Shown here: positions 1-12,990 of the stretch, piece after piece
Numbering within the stretch: the first letter of the stretch is position 1
Layout: each line of letters begins with the position of its first letter
Origin: Chamaesiphon sp.
GTDB lineage: Bacteria > Cyanobacteriota > Cyanobacteriia > Cyanobacteriales > Chamaesiphonaceae
Assembly (NCBI GenBank): GCA_965246715.1
Contig: CBDFFH010000002.1
Coordinates: 272,172 to 336,171 of the forward strand
Length of the DNA: 64,000 nucleotides
Direction of reading: 5' to 3'
The notes under the pieces: generated by a model
What the model was told of the DNA's origin: nothing
Databases searched by the model: none
Seen by the model: only the letters and a program-made list of their open reading frames with translations
Translations under genes and position numbers: made by a program

Positions 1-83
1 TGTTGCTAAATTAGTTTAGCAGCACTCTTTTTGATAAGGGCAGGATAAATATTTGTAATTTAGTATTAAGCTGAAACCTAGAT

Positions 84-104
84 GGTGGGCAGTGCCCACC
101 CTAC
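84..104. repeat. REP-like palindromic dispersed repeat (GGTGGGCAGTGCCCACC-CTAC)
   Basis: Perfect hairpin ending in CTAC; common cyanobacterial short dispersed repeat type. Confidence 0.6.
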
Positions 105-337
105 GCACTCCTGGCTTCCTACTGCCCCCAACAGATCGACACCAACCCACAGATCGATTCCCATTGCAGAGCTAATGCGAAGCGCGTCAAGCTACCCACA
201 AACCAACCCTTGTGCAGGGGAGTTTGAGGGGCGGCACCCCGCTCCTCAACGGGGGGTCTGGGGGTCGGAACCCCCAGATTCGGGTTTTTGCTTCTCACAA
301 TAACAAACGATCGACTCTTATTCCCGAACTGAGTTAA

Positions 338-949
338 CTACTGAACCAACGCCAACGGTGGATTAGCAGCACTCACACGCCGATCGATCACAGTATCGAT
401 TAAGCCATAATCCTTAGCTTCCTCAGCAGACATGTAAAAATCGCGATCGGTATCCTCTTGGATCTTCGCTAAGGGTTGCCCCGTATGCTGTGCGAGCAGA
501 TCGTTGAGTTTCCCCTTAATGTAAAGAATTTCCTTAGCTTGGATCGCGATGTCTGTCGCTTGTCCTTGCGCGCCACCCAGAGGTTGGTGGATCATGATCC
601 GCGAACTGGGTAGACTCATCCGCTTCCCTTTAGCACCCGCACTGAGTAAAAACGCACCCATACTTGCAGCAAAGCCCATACACACAGTGCAGACATCAGG
701 ACGAATCTGATTCATCGTGTCAAAAATCCCCATCCCCGCTGAAACCGAGCCACCAGGAGAATTGATATACACATAGATATCTTTTTCTGGATCTTCAGCT
801 TCCAAGAAAAGTAATTGAGCCACAATCAAATTAGCTAAATCTGAATCTACCTGAGAACCCAAGAAAATAATGCGATCGCGCAATAGCCGCGAATAAATGT
901 CAAAGGCGCGTTCGCCTCTACCAGATTGTTCGATTACGGTAGGTATCAT
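338..949 (-). CDS. clpP: ATP-dependent Clp protease proteolytic subunit
   Basis: [24 protein letters not shown]-terminus, YINSPGG, AASMG (catalytic Ser), MIHQP. Confidence 0.97.
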   Translation of the reverse strand: MIPTVIEQSGRGERAFDIYSRLLRDRIIFLGSQVDSDLANLIVAQLLFLEAEDPEKDIYVYINSPGGSVSAGMGIFDTMNQIRPDVCTVCMGFAASMGAFLLSAGAKGKRMSLPSSRIMIHQPLGGAQGQATDIAIQAKEILYIKGKLNDLLAQHTGQPLAKIQEDTDRDFYMSAEEAKDYGLIDTVIDRRVSAANPPLALVQ

Positions 950-1203
950 AGCTATGCCAATATATATCGATTCTTCTTATTATCACTCAATCTAGGGGGC
1001 ATCGGTCTAGGGGTTTCCGTACTCGAAGTGCTAGGCAGGATGGCTATCGCTAAAATGGTTGAGTTACAACACAGCTTCAGACAAGTACCAGGCGATCGCT
1101 TGACATTTGCCCAAAAACACCTCTCAAACAAATTTAACGGAATATCCGTTTGAAGTGTAAGATGGAAAAGCCATTTTCGTAATCGATCGTCACTCTGTAG
1201 GCT

Positions 1204-2040
1204 ATGAATTTTGACCCTTCATCTACTTTGCCCAACCTGAATACTCAAGAGGAACCAGATTTCTCAGTTAGTCCAGCGGCACAACCCAAATTACAAATTC
1301 GACTCAAGAACGAAGATGGAGTGGTGAAATTGATTTTGCCTACAGAAGCAGAAACACCAAAGTCTGCTAGTTGGAACGATCTGTGGGAACAACTTCAGCA
1401 AAGACTTCAAGGTGGTAAGCGATTTTGGCAACCCTTGGCAGCGGTGCATTTGATCGCCCAAGATCGGTTATTGGATGCCCGTCAATTGCAATCGATTGCC
1501 GAGGCGCTCGGCGATGTGTCGTTACAACTGCAACTAGTCGAGACCAGCCGCCGCCAAACGGCTGTAGCTGCGGCCACCGCAGGTTATTCGATTACTCAGC
1601 CATCGACGATCGCGCCCTTAACACCACCCCAAGTCGAGTCGCAGACGACCATCCTCGCCGAACCGATGTACCTCCAAATTACGGTGCGCTCGGGGATGGA
1701 CATCCGGCATGAAGGTTCCATCATCATTATGGGCGATGTCAATCCTGGTGGCGAGATTTATGCAGCAGGGGATATCATTGTCTGGGGCAGATTGCGCGGC
1801 ATCGCTCATGCTGGCTATCCCAACAACCCTCAATGTCTGATTATGGCATTACAAATGGAACCAACCCAACTGCGAATCGCCGATCGAGTGGCCCGGTCGC
1901 CGGAAACCCCACCGCCCCAATTCGAGCCAGAGATTGCCTATATTACGCCCCAAGGAATTCGGATCGCCCGGGCGATCGATCTCAAAACTACACCGTATTT
2001 GCGCGAATTAGCACTTCCAGGTTCTCAGCGATCTGACTGA
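1204..2040 (+). CDS. minC: Septum site-determining protein MinC
   Basis: TVRSG...GDVNPGGEIYAAGDIIVWGRLRGIAHAG C-terminal domain; upstream of minD. Confidence 0.95.
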   Translation: MNFDPSSTLPNLNTQEEPDFSVSPAAQPKLQIRLKNEDGVVKLILPTEAETPKSASWNDLWEQLQQRLQGGKRFWQPLAAVHLIAQDRLLDARQLQSIAEALGDVSLQLQLVETSRRQTAVAAATAGYSITQPSTIAPLTPPQVESQTTILAEPMYLQITVRSGMDIRHEGSIIIMGDVNPGGEIYAAGDIIVWGRLRGIAHAGYPNNPQCLIMALQMEPTQLRIADRVARSPETPPPQFEPEIAYITPQGIRIARAIDLKTTPYLRELALPGSQRSD

Positions 2041-2217
2041 ATTTTTGGTTGGCGATAATATGTAATTATGACCGAATCAGGTGATTTTAATAATTTTATC
2101 AGTGCTGTAGTAAATATGTATTTAACGATTAGCATTATCCGCATAGATCGATCGAGGGGAATTTATCCGAGTGGAAAAACCCCTTAATTCAATTCATAAT
2201 TTATCATTCATAATTTA

Positions 2218-3018
2218 ATGAGTCGCATTATCGTAATTACTTCCGGTAAGGGTGGAGTGGGTAAAACCACTGTAACTGCCAACCTGGGGATGACCCTTGC
2301 CAAGATGGGCTATAAAGTTGCCCTGGTAGACGGAGATTTTGGACTCCGAAATCTCGATCTGTTGTTGGGCTTAGAAAATCGCGTTGTCTATACTGCGGTC
2401 GAAGTCCTCGCGGGTGAATGCCGTCTCGACCAAGCATTAGTGCGCGACAAACGCCAACCCGGACTCGTATTACTCCCCGCTACCCAAAATCGCAAGGCGG
2501 AGATGATCACCCCCAACCACATGAAATGGATGATCGGCGAACTCGCGCCGCAGTTTGATTTCGTGTTGATCGATAGTCCTGCGGGGATTGAAATGGGCTT
2601 CAAAAATGCGATCGCTGCTGCCCAAGAAGCCCTAATCGTCACGACTCCAGAGATTTCTGCCGTCCGCGATGCCGACCGGGTCATTGGCTTACTCGAAGCG
2701 AGTAATATTACTCCAGCCAGACTGATTGTCAATCGATTACGTCCTTCGATGGTCGAAGCCAGCGAGATGATGTCTGTCGAAGATGTCAGTGAAATACTCG
2801 CGGTACAGTTGATCGGTGTCGTTCCTGAAGACGAGCGCGTAATCACTTCTACCAATCGTGGCGAACCGCTGGTACTCGAGGCTAACTCTACTTCTCGTGC
2901 CGCCCAAGCCTTCGACAACATCGCCCATCGCCTCTGCGGCGAGAAAACTCCCTATTTAGAACTTTCTACGGATCGTGATAATTTATTGACACGAATACGT
3001 AAGATCTTTGCTAAGTAG
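2218..3018 (+). CDS. minD: Septum site-determining ATPase MinD
   Basis: SGKGGVGKTT, GLRNLDLLLGLE, DSPAGIE, C-terminal amphipathic helix. Confidence 0.97.
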   Translation: MSRIIVITSGKGGVGKTTVTANLGMTLAKMGYKVALVDGDFGLRNLDLLLGLENRVVYTAVEVLAGECRLDQALVRDKRQPGLVLLPATQNRKAEMITPNHMKWMIGELAPQFDFVLIDSPAGIEMGFKNAIAAAQEALIVTTPEISAVRDADRVIGLLEASNITPARLIVNRLRPSMVEASEMMSVEDVSEILAVQLIGVVPEDERVITSTNRGEPLVLEANSTSRAAQAFDNIAHRLCGEKTPYLELSTDRDNLLTRIRKIFAK

Positions 3019-3257
3019 TAATATATATAACTAAAAGGCAGTTACAGCCTACTGTTAGTTAGTTGTAACTGCCCAATAAATTCATTAAGCTGTTCGGTAG
3101 CAGGAGATCGTAGTATCATTTACGATCTAGCTGAGTTAATGACAACTAAAAATTTGACTGCTAGATTGTCAAGTATGTCAGCGATCGTTGTCACTAGTCC
3201 CCTCCCCGCACCAACTTAATTATTCAGGTGCTAATCCTTTCTATCGATCGCATTACT

Positions 3258-3575
3258 ATGATTATGATTAACGAATTTCTGGAAATGTTATTCCCCCGCG
3301 CCACTGAGCCGAGTAGGGAACATGTGAAGCGACGATTGCAATTAGTCATCGCTCACGATCGTACCGATCTTAGCCCCCAGATGGTGGATATGATGCGCCA
3401 AGAAATTCTCGAAGTTGTATCGCGGTATGTTGAAATCGATTCTCAAGGCTTGGACTTCTCTTTAGAAAGCAATCAAAGAGTCACTGCACTCATCGCCAAT
3501 CTCCCCATCCGGCGCGTCAAAGATGATGGCGAAGTATCGCCGCTGGGATGGGCTGGCGACGATCCCGCGAGTTAG
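3258..3575 (+). CDS. minE: Cell division topological specificity factor MinE
   Basis: [41 protein letters not shown] at 3258 (or 3264). Confidence 0.95.
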   Translation: MIMINEFLEMLFPRATEPSREHVKRRLQLVIAHDRTDLSPQMVDMMRQEILEVVSRYVEIDSQGLDFSLESNQRVTALIANLPIRRVKDDGEVSPLGWAGDDPAS

Positions 3576-3595
3576 AAATAGTGACTAGTGGCTAG

Positions 3596-4777
<1,182 letters not shown>

Positions 4778-5336
4778 TCTGTTCGATGCGAACTTTTGCC
4801 GTTACCATCTACTCGCTGCCCAGCGAATGTGCTGAAATTTATATTGGATCTTTGGCAAATTTAACGCGATTCGGAGCTGATATTATTAATTCAAAGAGCG
4901 AATGTTCCGCACGATCGCGACCGCGTCCGTGCGGGACACCGATACGATTGCGACTCGATCGGTAGTGAATGTGATGAAATTTACGTCTTGTTTTATTGCC
5001 ACAATTATCTACTTCTAATAGAAATACAAGCCATTTGGCTGATTACTATATAAATTATACTCTATGTAGTATTACCTGCTGTACGAGCAATCGACTTCGC
5101 TCAAAGTTGCGATCGACTAAAGTCTAGAGCTAAAGCCGATTTCAGATTAAATATCTGAAGTTTGTAGTGGGGTTGTCGATCGATTTGAATATTATTGTCG
5201 ATCGGCTGCAAATTATCAACCTCGAACCAAGCACTTGGTAAGTAAATGGTAATTTTACGCTCGTCCCTAAATTCAGTAATGTCCAAAAAAATCCTCCTGA
5301 TGAAAGGAGGATCGATCTTAGATATATTAAGTCAAA

Positions 5337-7634
5337 TTACTTTTGGTCGCGCCACTCATAGGCTGCTGCGGTGCGGTCGCGATCGATTTTGAGCATCAAT
5401 ACACCCAATGGCGGAATGCACAGATCTAATGAGAATTTCCGATTTTGAATCGACCATTCATCCGCCCATTTACCGCCGAGATTGCCCATATTACTACCGC
5501 CATATTTGCGCGCATCGCTATTAAATAGCTCGCTATAGAAACCATGCTCGGGAACTCCGATCCGATAGTGAGAGTGCGGTTGCGGCGTGAAGTTACAGAC
5601 CACGATGATGCATTCATCGCTATCTTTAGCGCGGCGAATAAACGACACTACGCTATGGCGACTATCGGTACAATCGATCCAATCAAACCCAGCCTCCTCA
5701 AAGTCTTGAGTATAGAGCGCGGGTTCATGATTGTAGACATAATTGAGATCGGTCAGGTATTGACTCATCTGTTGGTGCGGTGCATATTGGAGCAGACTCC
5801 ACTCCAGATCCGACCACACATTCCACTCGCTCCATTGCGCGAATTCCATCCCCATAAATAGGGTTTTCTTGCCGGGATGGGCGAACATATAACCATAGAG
5901 CGATCGCATATTCGCGAGTTTCTGCCATTCGTCACCTGGCATCTTGCCGATGATATTGCTCTTACCATGCACTACCTCATCGTGTGAGAGCGCCAGCATG
6001 AAGTTCTCACTGTGGTTGTACCACATACTGAAGGTGACATTATTTTGGTGGAACTGACGGAACCACGGATCCATCGCAAAATAGTCCAGCATATCGTGCA
6101 TCCAACCCATGTTCCATTTTAGGTTGAAGCCCAATCCACCCACATATGTAGGTGATGATACCATCGGCCACGAGGTAGATTCTTCGGCGATCGATAACGC
6201 ACCAGGGAAGTAGCTAAAAATTAGATGGTTGGTTTGGCGCAAGAAGTCGGCTGCTTCGATATTTTCGCGTCCGCCATATTCATTGGCAACCCAGGTGCCC
6301 GGATCGCGATTGTAATCGAGGTAGAGCATCGAACTGACCGCATCTACCCGAATCCCATCGATGTGGTATTTGTCGAACCAGAATAAGGCATTAGCATAGA
6401 GGAAATTTCTGACCTCATTACGCCCGTAATTAAAGATCAGCGTGCCCCATTCCAGATGTTCGCCTTTGCGGGGATCTGCATGTTCGTAGAGGTGCGTACC
6501 ATCGAAGAAGGGCAAACCATGTCCATCTTTGGGGAAATGTCCGGGAACCCAATCGACTAATACCCCAACGTCAGCTTGGTGACATCGATCGATAAAATAC
6601 ATAAAATCTTCAGGGGAGCCATGTCGCGAGGTTGGCGCGTAGTAACCCGTGACCTGATAACCCCACGAACCATCAAATGGATGCTCGGAGATCGGTAATA
6701 ATTCGATGTGGGTAAATCCCAGATTTTTAACATAAGGAATTAATTTATCGGCCAATTCCCGATAAGTCAGGAATCTCGCCCCAGGATTGTAATCTGAGAC
6801 AGTGACGACAGCAGCAGTGGAACCATCGGCCAATTGCGCTGGTTCGCTAGCTGCGGCGTGCAACCAAGAACCGAGATGACACTCATACACCGAAATCGGC
6901 TGGCGCAATGCATCGGTATGTCGCCGCTTATCGATCCATGCTTCATCTTGCCATTGGTGAATAGTTAAATCCGCAACGATCGAGGCAGTTTTGGGACGTG
7001 GCTCTTGAGAAAATCCGTAGGGGTCGGTTTTTTCGTAAGGATGCCCAGCTTGATTTTTGATCTCGTATTTATATGAGGTGCCGACCTTCAGCTCGGGCAC
7101 GAACAATTCCCAAATCCCATTCCCCCGCTTCGCCATCTGGTGCTTGCGCCCATCCCAATGGTTGAAGTCACCAATCAAGGAAACGTTGCGGGCATTTGGT
7201 GCCCAAACCGCAAAATAGACCCCCGCAATCCCTTCAATTTCGATCGGGTGCGCGCCCAATTTCTCATAAATACGATGGTGATTTCCTTCTGCAAATAAGT
7301 GAATATCAAAATCACTTAATAATGGCGAAGTAAATGCATAAGGATCGTAAATGACCCGTTCGTGTCCACCTTCGACGATCTTGAGTTGATAATTATTTAA
7401 TTCTGGCCGATCGATCGTACAAGTAAAAAAGTGAGGATGATGTACGGACTGCATCGGATATTCCTGACGCACCTCGGGAATCGTGACTGAGACAGACTCG
7501 GCATTGGGAAGATAACTCCGCACTACCCACACAGTTTTTCCATTTTCCTCAATTTGATGAGGACCTAAAATTTCAAAGGGATTGTGATGTTTGTTGCCGA
7601 CAATCCGGTCGATCTGGTCTAAGGCAAGAGTCAT
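5337..7634 (-). CDS. glgB: 1,4-alpha-glucan branching enzyme
   Basis: [46 protein letters not shown]. Confidence 0.97.
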   Translation of the reverse strand: MTLALDQIDRIVGNKHHNPFEILGPHQIEENGKTVWVVRSYLPNAESVSVTIPEVRQEYPMQSVHHPHFFTCTIDRPELNNYQLKIVEGGHERVIYDPYAFTSPLLSDFDIHLFAEGNHHRIYEKLGAHPIEIEGIAGVYFAVWAPNARNVSLIGDFNHWDGRKHQMAKRGNGIWELFVPELKVGTSYKYEIKNQAGHPYEKTDPYGFSQEPRPKTASIVADLTIHQWQDEAWIDKRRHTDALRQPISVYECHLGSWLHAAASEPAQLADGSTAAVVTVSDYNPGARFLTYRELADKLIPYVKNLGFTHIELLPISEHPFDGSWGYQVTGYYAPTSRHGSPEDFMYFIDRCHQADVGVLVDWVPGHFPKDGHGLPFFDGTHLYEHADPRKGEHLEWGTLIFNYGRNEVRNFLYANALFWFDKYHIDGIRVDAVSSMLYLDYNRDPGTWVANEYGGRENIEAADFLRQTNHLIFSYFPGALSIAEESTSWPMVSSPTYVGGLGFNLKWNMGWMHDMLDYFAMDPWFRQFHQNNVTFSMWYNHSENFMLALSHDEVVHGKSNIIGKMPGDEWQKLANMRSLYGYMFAHPGKKTLFMGMEFAQWSEWNVWSDLEWSLLQYAPHQQMSQYLTDLNYVYNHEPALYTQDFEEAGFDWIDCTDSRHSVVSFIRRAKDSDECIIVVCNFTPQPHSHYRIGVPEHGFYSELFNSDARKYGGSNMGNLGGKWADEWSIQNRKFSLDLCIPPLGVLMLKIDRDRTAAAYEWRDQK

Positions 7635-7965
7635 GAATATTAACCTAAGTTGACAAAAAGCCGACTATATTTTTTTATAAAAAGCGAACAATTCTTTCCA
7701 TATGAGATCGATAAAATCTCTCGTTGTTGTAACTTCATGTTCGACAATCCGCACTGGAACAGATCCGACTGCTCCATCAAGCAACAGATCCCAAGATCGC
7801 TACTTTACGGATTTGCATGATGAAATTTTGGGTGCTGACAAACTAAACAGCCTGCAAACTGCCATCATTGTATCTCGATCGCGTACGCACTGACTCTCTA
7901 GGTCGAGTTCGGTTGGGAGGATCGAGAGTTGGCTACTTTAAGTTCGCTGTCGACTAGCCACGATC

Positions 7966-8550
7966 TCAAGGATTAATCGATCGCATCGTCCATTCTGCTG
8001 CTGATAATTCATAGATATAGCGATTTTGCGGCTCTCCCCGTAGTTCCAAATGGTCTACAGCCGTAGGCGCTAAAAGTAATAAGCAAAAATTAGCTAGCGG
8101 CTGCTGCGAATCGGGCGGGGGTGGATTAAAAGCAGCTGGTTCTTGGCTTCTATCCGCCCCAGGGGTCGCCCAAGCAAACTGAATGCGTCCATTGTCAGAC
8201 AGTTGCTGCCATGCCTGTTGACGAGCCTTAGAGTAGTTAATGATGGGACATTCCACAGTCACGAGGATGAGGGTACCGCTAACTCTAAACTGTTCCCGCG
8301 TCGTGGGAAAATACCAACAAACTTCGGCCCAATCGGACGCGCCAGACAATAAATTTATGGCTTTTTGCGATCGACTATCCACGACAAATTGAAGGTGGCT
8401 GTCTGGTTCGAGCCAACCGCGAAATACGACACTCCGATTGGTGGGGCGATTGTTAGGATCTACTGTCGCCAATTGCACGTACCGAACGTAAGGTATACTG
8501 CGATTGCGATGTAGGGCGCGGGCGATCGGCGATCGCCAAGGTGGGAGCAT
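7966..8550 (-). CDS. FMN-binding pyridoxamine 5'-phosphate oxidase-like flavoprotein
   Basis: QLATV...PTNRSVVFRG, DSRSQK, EVCWYFPTTREQFR, VDHLELRGEPQNR. Confidence 0.85.
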   Translation of the reverse strand: MLPPWRSPIARALHRNRSIPYVRYVQLATVDPNNRPTNRSVVFRGWLEPDSHLQFVVDSRSQKAINLLSGASDWAEVCWYFPTTREQFRVSGTLILVTVECPIINYSKARQQAWQQLSDNGRIQFAWATPGADRSQEPAAFNPPPPDSQQPLANFCLLLLAPTAVDHLELRGEPQNRYIYELSAAEWTMRSINP

Positions 8551-8808
8551 AAAATTTAAAATTGGTGGGGGAGTAATTTAGTTATGAGATCGGAATTAGA
8601 AAAATTAACATTCCGCAGTCCCTAGCTACTAGCGACGACTAGCCGAAAACTAGTCGATCGACTACACATTTATTTTAATCGAAGTTACAGCATTAGAGGG
8701 CGATCGAATCGCTGAAAGTAACGTATATCTTCAATTTTGGCAACATTGATTATCTCGGTTCGATGCCGTATATTACTTATTCTGTTCAGAAATTAGCATA
8801 GCTCACTC

Positions 8809-11151
8809 ATGGTTAGAGGACTCGACCAAGTTCGACACGAATCTAGATCGGGCGCGGAGATTTCGCCCAACTCTTATCAACAATCTGATTTTCCTGCAAC
8901 TGCTCCCGCTGCAAATCCGGTCTTTTTCAGAACGTATAGTCGCTTCACCGTAACCGGACGCGAAACATGGTCGCAGGTCTGCACTCGCACCCTCAAGGGT
9001 TTAGTTAAGTTAGGTAAATTAACCGACGACCAAGCCGATATCATCGATCGGATGCAGCGTCAGGTCAAGGCGATGCCTTCGGGACGGTGGTTGTGGGTGG
9101 GTGGTAGCGAATGGCTCGAACAACCGCAAAATTTTTCTGGGGCATACAACTGCACCAGTACGAATGTTTGCGATTGGGCAGCTTTTGCCCTGATGATGGA
9201 CTTGGCGATGATGGGTTGCGGTACCGGGGCAATTTTAGAAACCGATCTGATCGGTCAGTTACCCGCCGTCAAGAATAAATTGACAGTCACGATCGTTCGT
9301 GAAATCGGTCAAATCTCCCTGAATAATCGGCAGGAATTAACCACATTTGAAGTTACAGGAAATAACGCGACAATTACCGTCGGGGACAGCCGCCAAGGTT
9401 GGATTAAATCCTACAAAACTTTATTAGAATTATGTAGTGACGATCGCTTTAATGGCGAAGTCCATGTCTCGATCGATCTCAGTAATGTCCGTCCGGCTGG
9501 CGAACTCCTCAAAGGATTTGGCGGGATGGCAAATCCAGTCAAATTACCAGAGTTATATGGGCGCTGTGCGGTAATTTTAAATAAGGCACTTGGCAGACAA
9601 TTAAACTCTGTTGAATGTTGTCTCCTCATCGACGAAGCCGCAGTCACGATCGTTGCAGGTAACATCCGTCGCTCAGCGGGAATGCGGCAATTTAATGCTA
9701 GTGATAAATTAGGCGCAACTGCTAAAGATAATCTGTGGCAACAAGACGAACATGGTAACTGGCGAATCGACCCAGAACGCGATTCTTTACGGATGGCAAA
9801 TCATACCCGTGTTTTCCATCATAAACCTAGTTTAGAAGAGTGTGTCGCTGCGGTTCAGAAGCAATATCATTCTGGTGAAGGTGCGATTCAATGGGCTGGG
9901 GAAGCTGTCGCGAGATCTAATGCCGATCTCGTTAGTACTCCAGAATTAAAAACTAGTTTTTTACAGGCTTACGATCGCGGAGATGCTAAGTTATGGCTGC
10001 AAGAAAATCGTCCTAATTTAGATAATAAAGAAATCTCACACCGCCTGTCCCGCTTCGGTTTGAATCCATGTGGTGAAATTTTAGGAACTAATTTTCACTG
10101 CAATCTTTCAGAAGTGCATTTGAATCAAATCGATCCAAATAACTACAAAGAACAGGAAGAAGCATTTACCGCTGCTGGTTTATCCGTAGCCACATTACTC
10201 AACCATAAATTCCAAGAACCCCGCTATCAATATAGTCGTGAATTAGATCCGATCGTGGGTGTATCATTTACTGGATTATTTGACTTCTTCGTGCATGCTT
10301 TTGGCGCGGAATGGTTGGCATGGTGGGAACAAGGTCGTCCGGCTACAGCAGCGGGAATCGCCTACAAGCAGAAAGAGCATGAATACCTGAATACTTGGCG
10401 CAAAGTTGTCGAGCAGACAGTGTGGGACTACTGCGATATGCATGGCATCAAGCGCCCCAATCGGTGTACTACCGTTCAACCGAGCGGTACCAAATCCCTG
10501 CTCACAGGTGCTTCCCCAGGTTGGCATCCACCAAAAGCGCAGCGGTTTATTCGCCGGATTACCTTCCGGAAAAACGATCCGGTCGCGCTGGCTTGTATCG
10601 ATTATGGCTATAGCGTGATTCCGTCCCAATCCGATAAAGATGAGAACGGCAATCTGCTCGACGACGCATTCGATCCGCGTTGTACCGAGTGGTTGATTGA
10701 AATTCCGGTAGCTGTCTCCTGGGCGGATATTCCTGGCGCGGATTCGATCGAAATCGGTCAGTTTAGCGCCTTGACACAAATGGATTTCTATATGGGCGTC
10801 CAGCAGCAATATGTGCGTCATAATACTTCAGCAACGATCGAGTTGCGCGAACATGAAGTAGAAGCCCTCGGTCAGCGGATTTACGAAGCGATTCGGGACG
10901 ATGAAGGTTATATCTCGGCTGCGTTATTAGCCCGCTTTGACGACCACCAAACTTTCCCTCGGTTGCCCTTTGAACCGATCGATAAGGCAACTTACGATGA
11001 GATGATGGTGGGAGTCAATTCCAGACGGCAGACAGTAGAATTTCATACTGCGTTAAGTCGCTATGAAATGGGAAATGCTACCGAAGAATCTGGTCCTGCT
11101 GGTTGTGACTCGGATAAATGTCTATTACCAGATGTAAAACCTAATAGTTAA
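8809..11151 (+). CDS. nrdJ: Class II (adenosylcobalamin-dependent) ribonucleoside-triphosphate reductase
   Basis: PSGRWLWVGG, YNCT, GNIRRSA, NPCGE, TTVQPSGTKS, C-terminal CDSDKC; no intein. Confidence 0.95.
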   Translation: MVRGLDQVRHESRSGAEISPNSYQQSDFPATAPAANPVFFRTYSRFTVTGRETWSQVCTRTLKGLVKLGKLTDDQADIIDRMQRQVKAMPSGRWLWVGGSEWLEQPQNFSGAYNCTSTNVCDWAAFALMMDLAMMGCGTGAILETDLIGQLPAVKNKLTVTIVREIGQISLNNRQELTTFEVTGNNATITVGDSRQGWIKSYKTLLELCSDDRFNGEVHVSIDLSNVRPAGELLKGFGGMANPVKLPELYGRCAVILNKALGRQLNSVECCLLIDEAAVTIVAGNIRRSAGMRQFNASDKLGATAKDNLWQQDEHGNWRIDPERDSLRMANHTRVFHHKPSLEECVAAVQKQYHSGEGAIQWAGEAVARSNADLVSTPELKTSFLQAYDRGDAKLWLQENRPNLDNKEISHRLSRFGLNPCGEILGTNFHCNLSEVHLNQIDPNNYKEQEEAFTAAGLSVATLLNHKFQEPRYQYSRELDPIVGVSFTGLFDFFVHAFGAEWLAWWEQGRPATAAGIAYKQKEHEYLNTWRKVVEQTVWDYCDMHGIKRPNRCTTVQPSGTKSLLTGASPGWHPPKAQRFIRRITFRKNDPVALACIDYGYSVIPSQSDKDENGNLLDDAFDPRCTEWLIEIPVAVSWADIPGADSIEIGQFSALTQMDFYMGVQQQYVRHNTSATIELREHEVEALGQRIYEAIRDDEGYISAALLARFDDHQTFPRLPFEPIDKATYDEMMVGVNSRRQTVEFHTALSRYEMGNATEESGPAGCDSDKCLLPDVKPNS

Positions 11152-11156
11152 TGTTG

Positions 11157-11185
11157 GTAGAGACGTTCTGGTAGAACGTCTCTAC
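11157..11185. repeat. REP-like palindrome GTAGAGACGTTC-N5-GAACGTCTCTAC
   Basis: Perfect 12-bp inverted repeat with GTAG/CTAC ends. Confidence 0.7.
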
Positions 11186-11229
11186 CCTCTACATGTATTT
11201 CGATAAAATCGAAACATCGAAATACCTAT

Positions 11230-11265
11230 AATCCTCCTCCTGGCAATCTCCAGGAGGAGGATTTT
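11230..11265 (+). terminator. Probable intrinsic terminator of nrdJ
   Basis: AATCCTCCTCCTGG / CCAGGAGGAGGATT stem followed by Ts. Confidence 0.6.
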
Positions 11266-11367
11266 CGCTCTCACAGGCAGAAGTATACTAGGAGAGGTGA
11301 ACTGAATCCAGTAAAATCGCGATCGCGGTTGCTTGATGATTAGCTTTTAGATTTTGGAGTAATAATT

Positions 11368-11763
11368 ATGTTTGCAGGGAATCGACCGACACAGCTTGGA
11401 GTTACCGAGGGTAAATTAACCGCTTGTCCTGGCACACCCAATTGTGTAAGCTCTCAGGCACTAGCTACTGACTCCGAACATGCGATTTCACCATTGCCGT
11501 TATCTGGCGATACTACGGCAGCTATGGCCGATTTGAAACGCGCGATCGCATCGATGCCGCGTACTAAGATTATTCAAGAAACCAATGACTATCTCTATGT
11601 GGAGTTTGCCAGCAAATTAATGGGATTTGTCGATGATGTCGAGTTTTATATCGATACCGCTAATCAAGCTATTCAGGTCAGATCGGCTTCCCGATTGGGC
11701 AAATCCGATTTAGGTGTAAACCGCAAACGCATTGAAGAGATTCGATCGAAACTAGCCATGTAA
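11368..11763 (+). CDS. DUF1499 family protein
   Basis: CPGTPNCVSSQ, GFVDDVEF, RSASRLGKSDLGVNRKR. Confidence 0.9.
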   Translation: MFAGNRPTQLGVTEGKLTACPGTPNCVSSQALATDSEHAISPLPLSGDTTAAMADLKRAIASMPRTKIIQETNDYLYVEFASKLMGFVDDVEFYIDTANQAIQVRSASRLGKSDLGVNRKRIEEIRSKLAM

Positions 11764-11867
11764 AATAGGTGTCTTTGCGCTTGGCACAAATATTCCCTAA
11801 TTGTAGCTGACTGCTCGCCAGTGGGTAATTTTTGATTTACCATGCAGATGTAGTCTGGGGAATAAAG

Positions 11868-12356
11868 ATGAATACGGCAAAACCGAAACAGATTGGTAGC
11901 TATATTAGCTTAGCGATCGCATTAGTACTAGCCTTTCTAATTTGGAATAACCATTTATTGGCAGGGACTCGACCGATGAATATCGGGGTTCATGACGGTA
12001 AATTAGCAGCTTGTCCGGCTACGCCAAATTGTGTCAATAGTCAGGCGGCAAGTAGCGATGCGGAACATGCGATCGAGCCGATTCAATTTGGTGGTGCAGT
12101 TTCAGCGACAATGGACAATTTAAGATTGGTAGTCAAACAAACACCCCGCACTAAGATCGTTAAGGAAACAAATAACTACCTTTACGCCGAATTTACTAGT
12201 AAATTAATGGGATTTGTCGATGATGTTGAGTTTTACATCGACGAAGCTAGTAAAATCGTTCAAACACGCTCGGCATCTCGATTAGGCGAGTCCGATCTTG
12301 GTGTCAATCGCCAACGAATCGAAGCGATTCGATCGCAATTAAGTGGATTAAATTAA
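11868..12356 (+). CDS. DUF1499 family protein with N-terminal membrane anchor (tandem paralog)
   Basis: CPATPNCVNSQ, GFVDDVEF, RSASRLGESDLGVNRQR. Confidence 0.9.
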   Translation: MNTAKPKQIGSYISLAIALVLAFLIWNNHLLAGTRPMNIGVHDGKLAACPATPNCVNSQAASSDAEHAIEPIQFGGAVSATMDNLRLVVKQTPRTKIVKETNNYLYAEFTSKLMGFVDDVEFYIDEASKIVQTRSASRLGESDLGVNRQRIEAIRSQLSGLN

Positions 12357-12389
12357 CGACGGTACTGAATTGCGATCTGAATCTAACTC

Positions 12390-12434
12390 GAAATTTAGGC
12401 AGGGCAATTCATGAATTGCCCCTGCCTAAATTTC
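12390..12434. repeat. Long palindrome (GGCAATTCATGAATTGCC core), REP-like or terminator
   Basis: Near-perfect inverted repeat. Confidence 0.6.
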
Positions 12435-12628
12435 CAAGATTTCTGCGACAGTAAATCATCAATAAATTTAGCACAGCTAAATTAACTATTCAATAGTCAT
12501 CGATCTCGGTGTTGTCAGACATCGTTCGTATTAGTTGATTTATTCTAACAACTAATCGATCGAATAATTATTGCAGACCCAAATCGTTGCAAGAAATCTT
12601 CTAAATTATAACTAATAATTAGCTAATT

Positions 12629-12820
12629 TAACCTGAGTTCGGGTTAAGAGTAGCCTAGAGACTGATGTCTCTGCTTGTGATGCAAAGCCTGCCTTTGTGC
12701 CACTAGCCTCGATTTGCGGAAAGTGCGGTCTTGGGGTTTCCCCAAGTAGAGCACCTTTTCAAGACACAATCGAAGGCGATGCCCGAGCGGAGCCAATATC
12801 CTTAACCCGAACTGACGTTA
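12629..12820. mobile_element. MITE-like element
   Basis: TIRs TAACCTGAGTTCGGGTTAAG / CTTAACCCGAACTGACGTTA; flanking direct repeat ATTAGCTAATTTA; related copy at 31629-33379. Confidence 0.75.
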
Positions 12821-12990
12821 ATTAGCTAATTTAAGTGACAATTTATATTAAAGATTGCCAGCATCTTCTCCAGTATGAATTTTAAACACTCGAATAGCTT
12901 GTCGTCTCGATCGATTTACTTTTTACGTCGGGAAAGAAAGGCGCACGCACATCGCTGTCTTGTCGCACGGTTGCTACTCCAAATCCGTGT

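Noticed and set aside
4778..5336. Small gene or ncRNA between tgt and glgB
   Set aside because: No recognisable ORF (no psbK) or convincing structure apart from a terminator-like hairpin near 5290-5312
8809..11151. Intein in nrdJ
   Set aside because: Continuous RNR motifs (NPCGE, QPSGTKS), normal length, no intein or LAGLIDADG blocks
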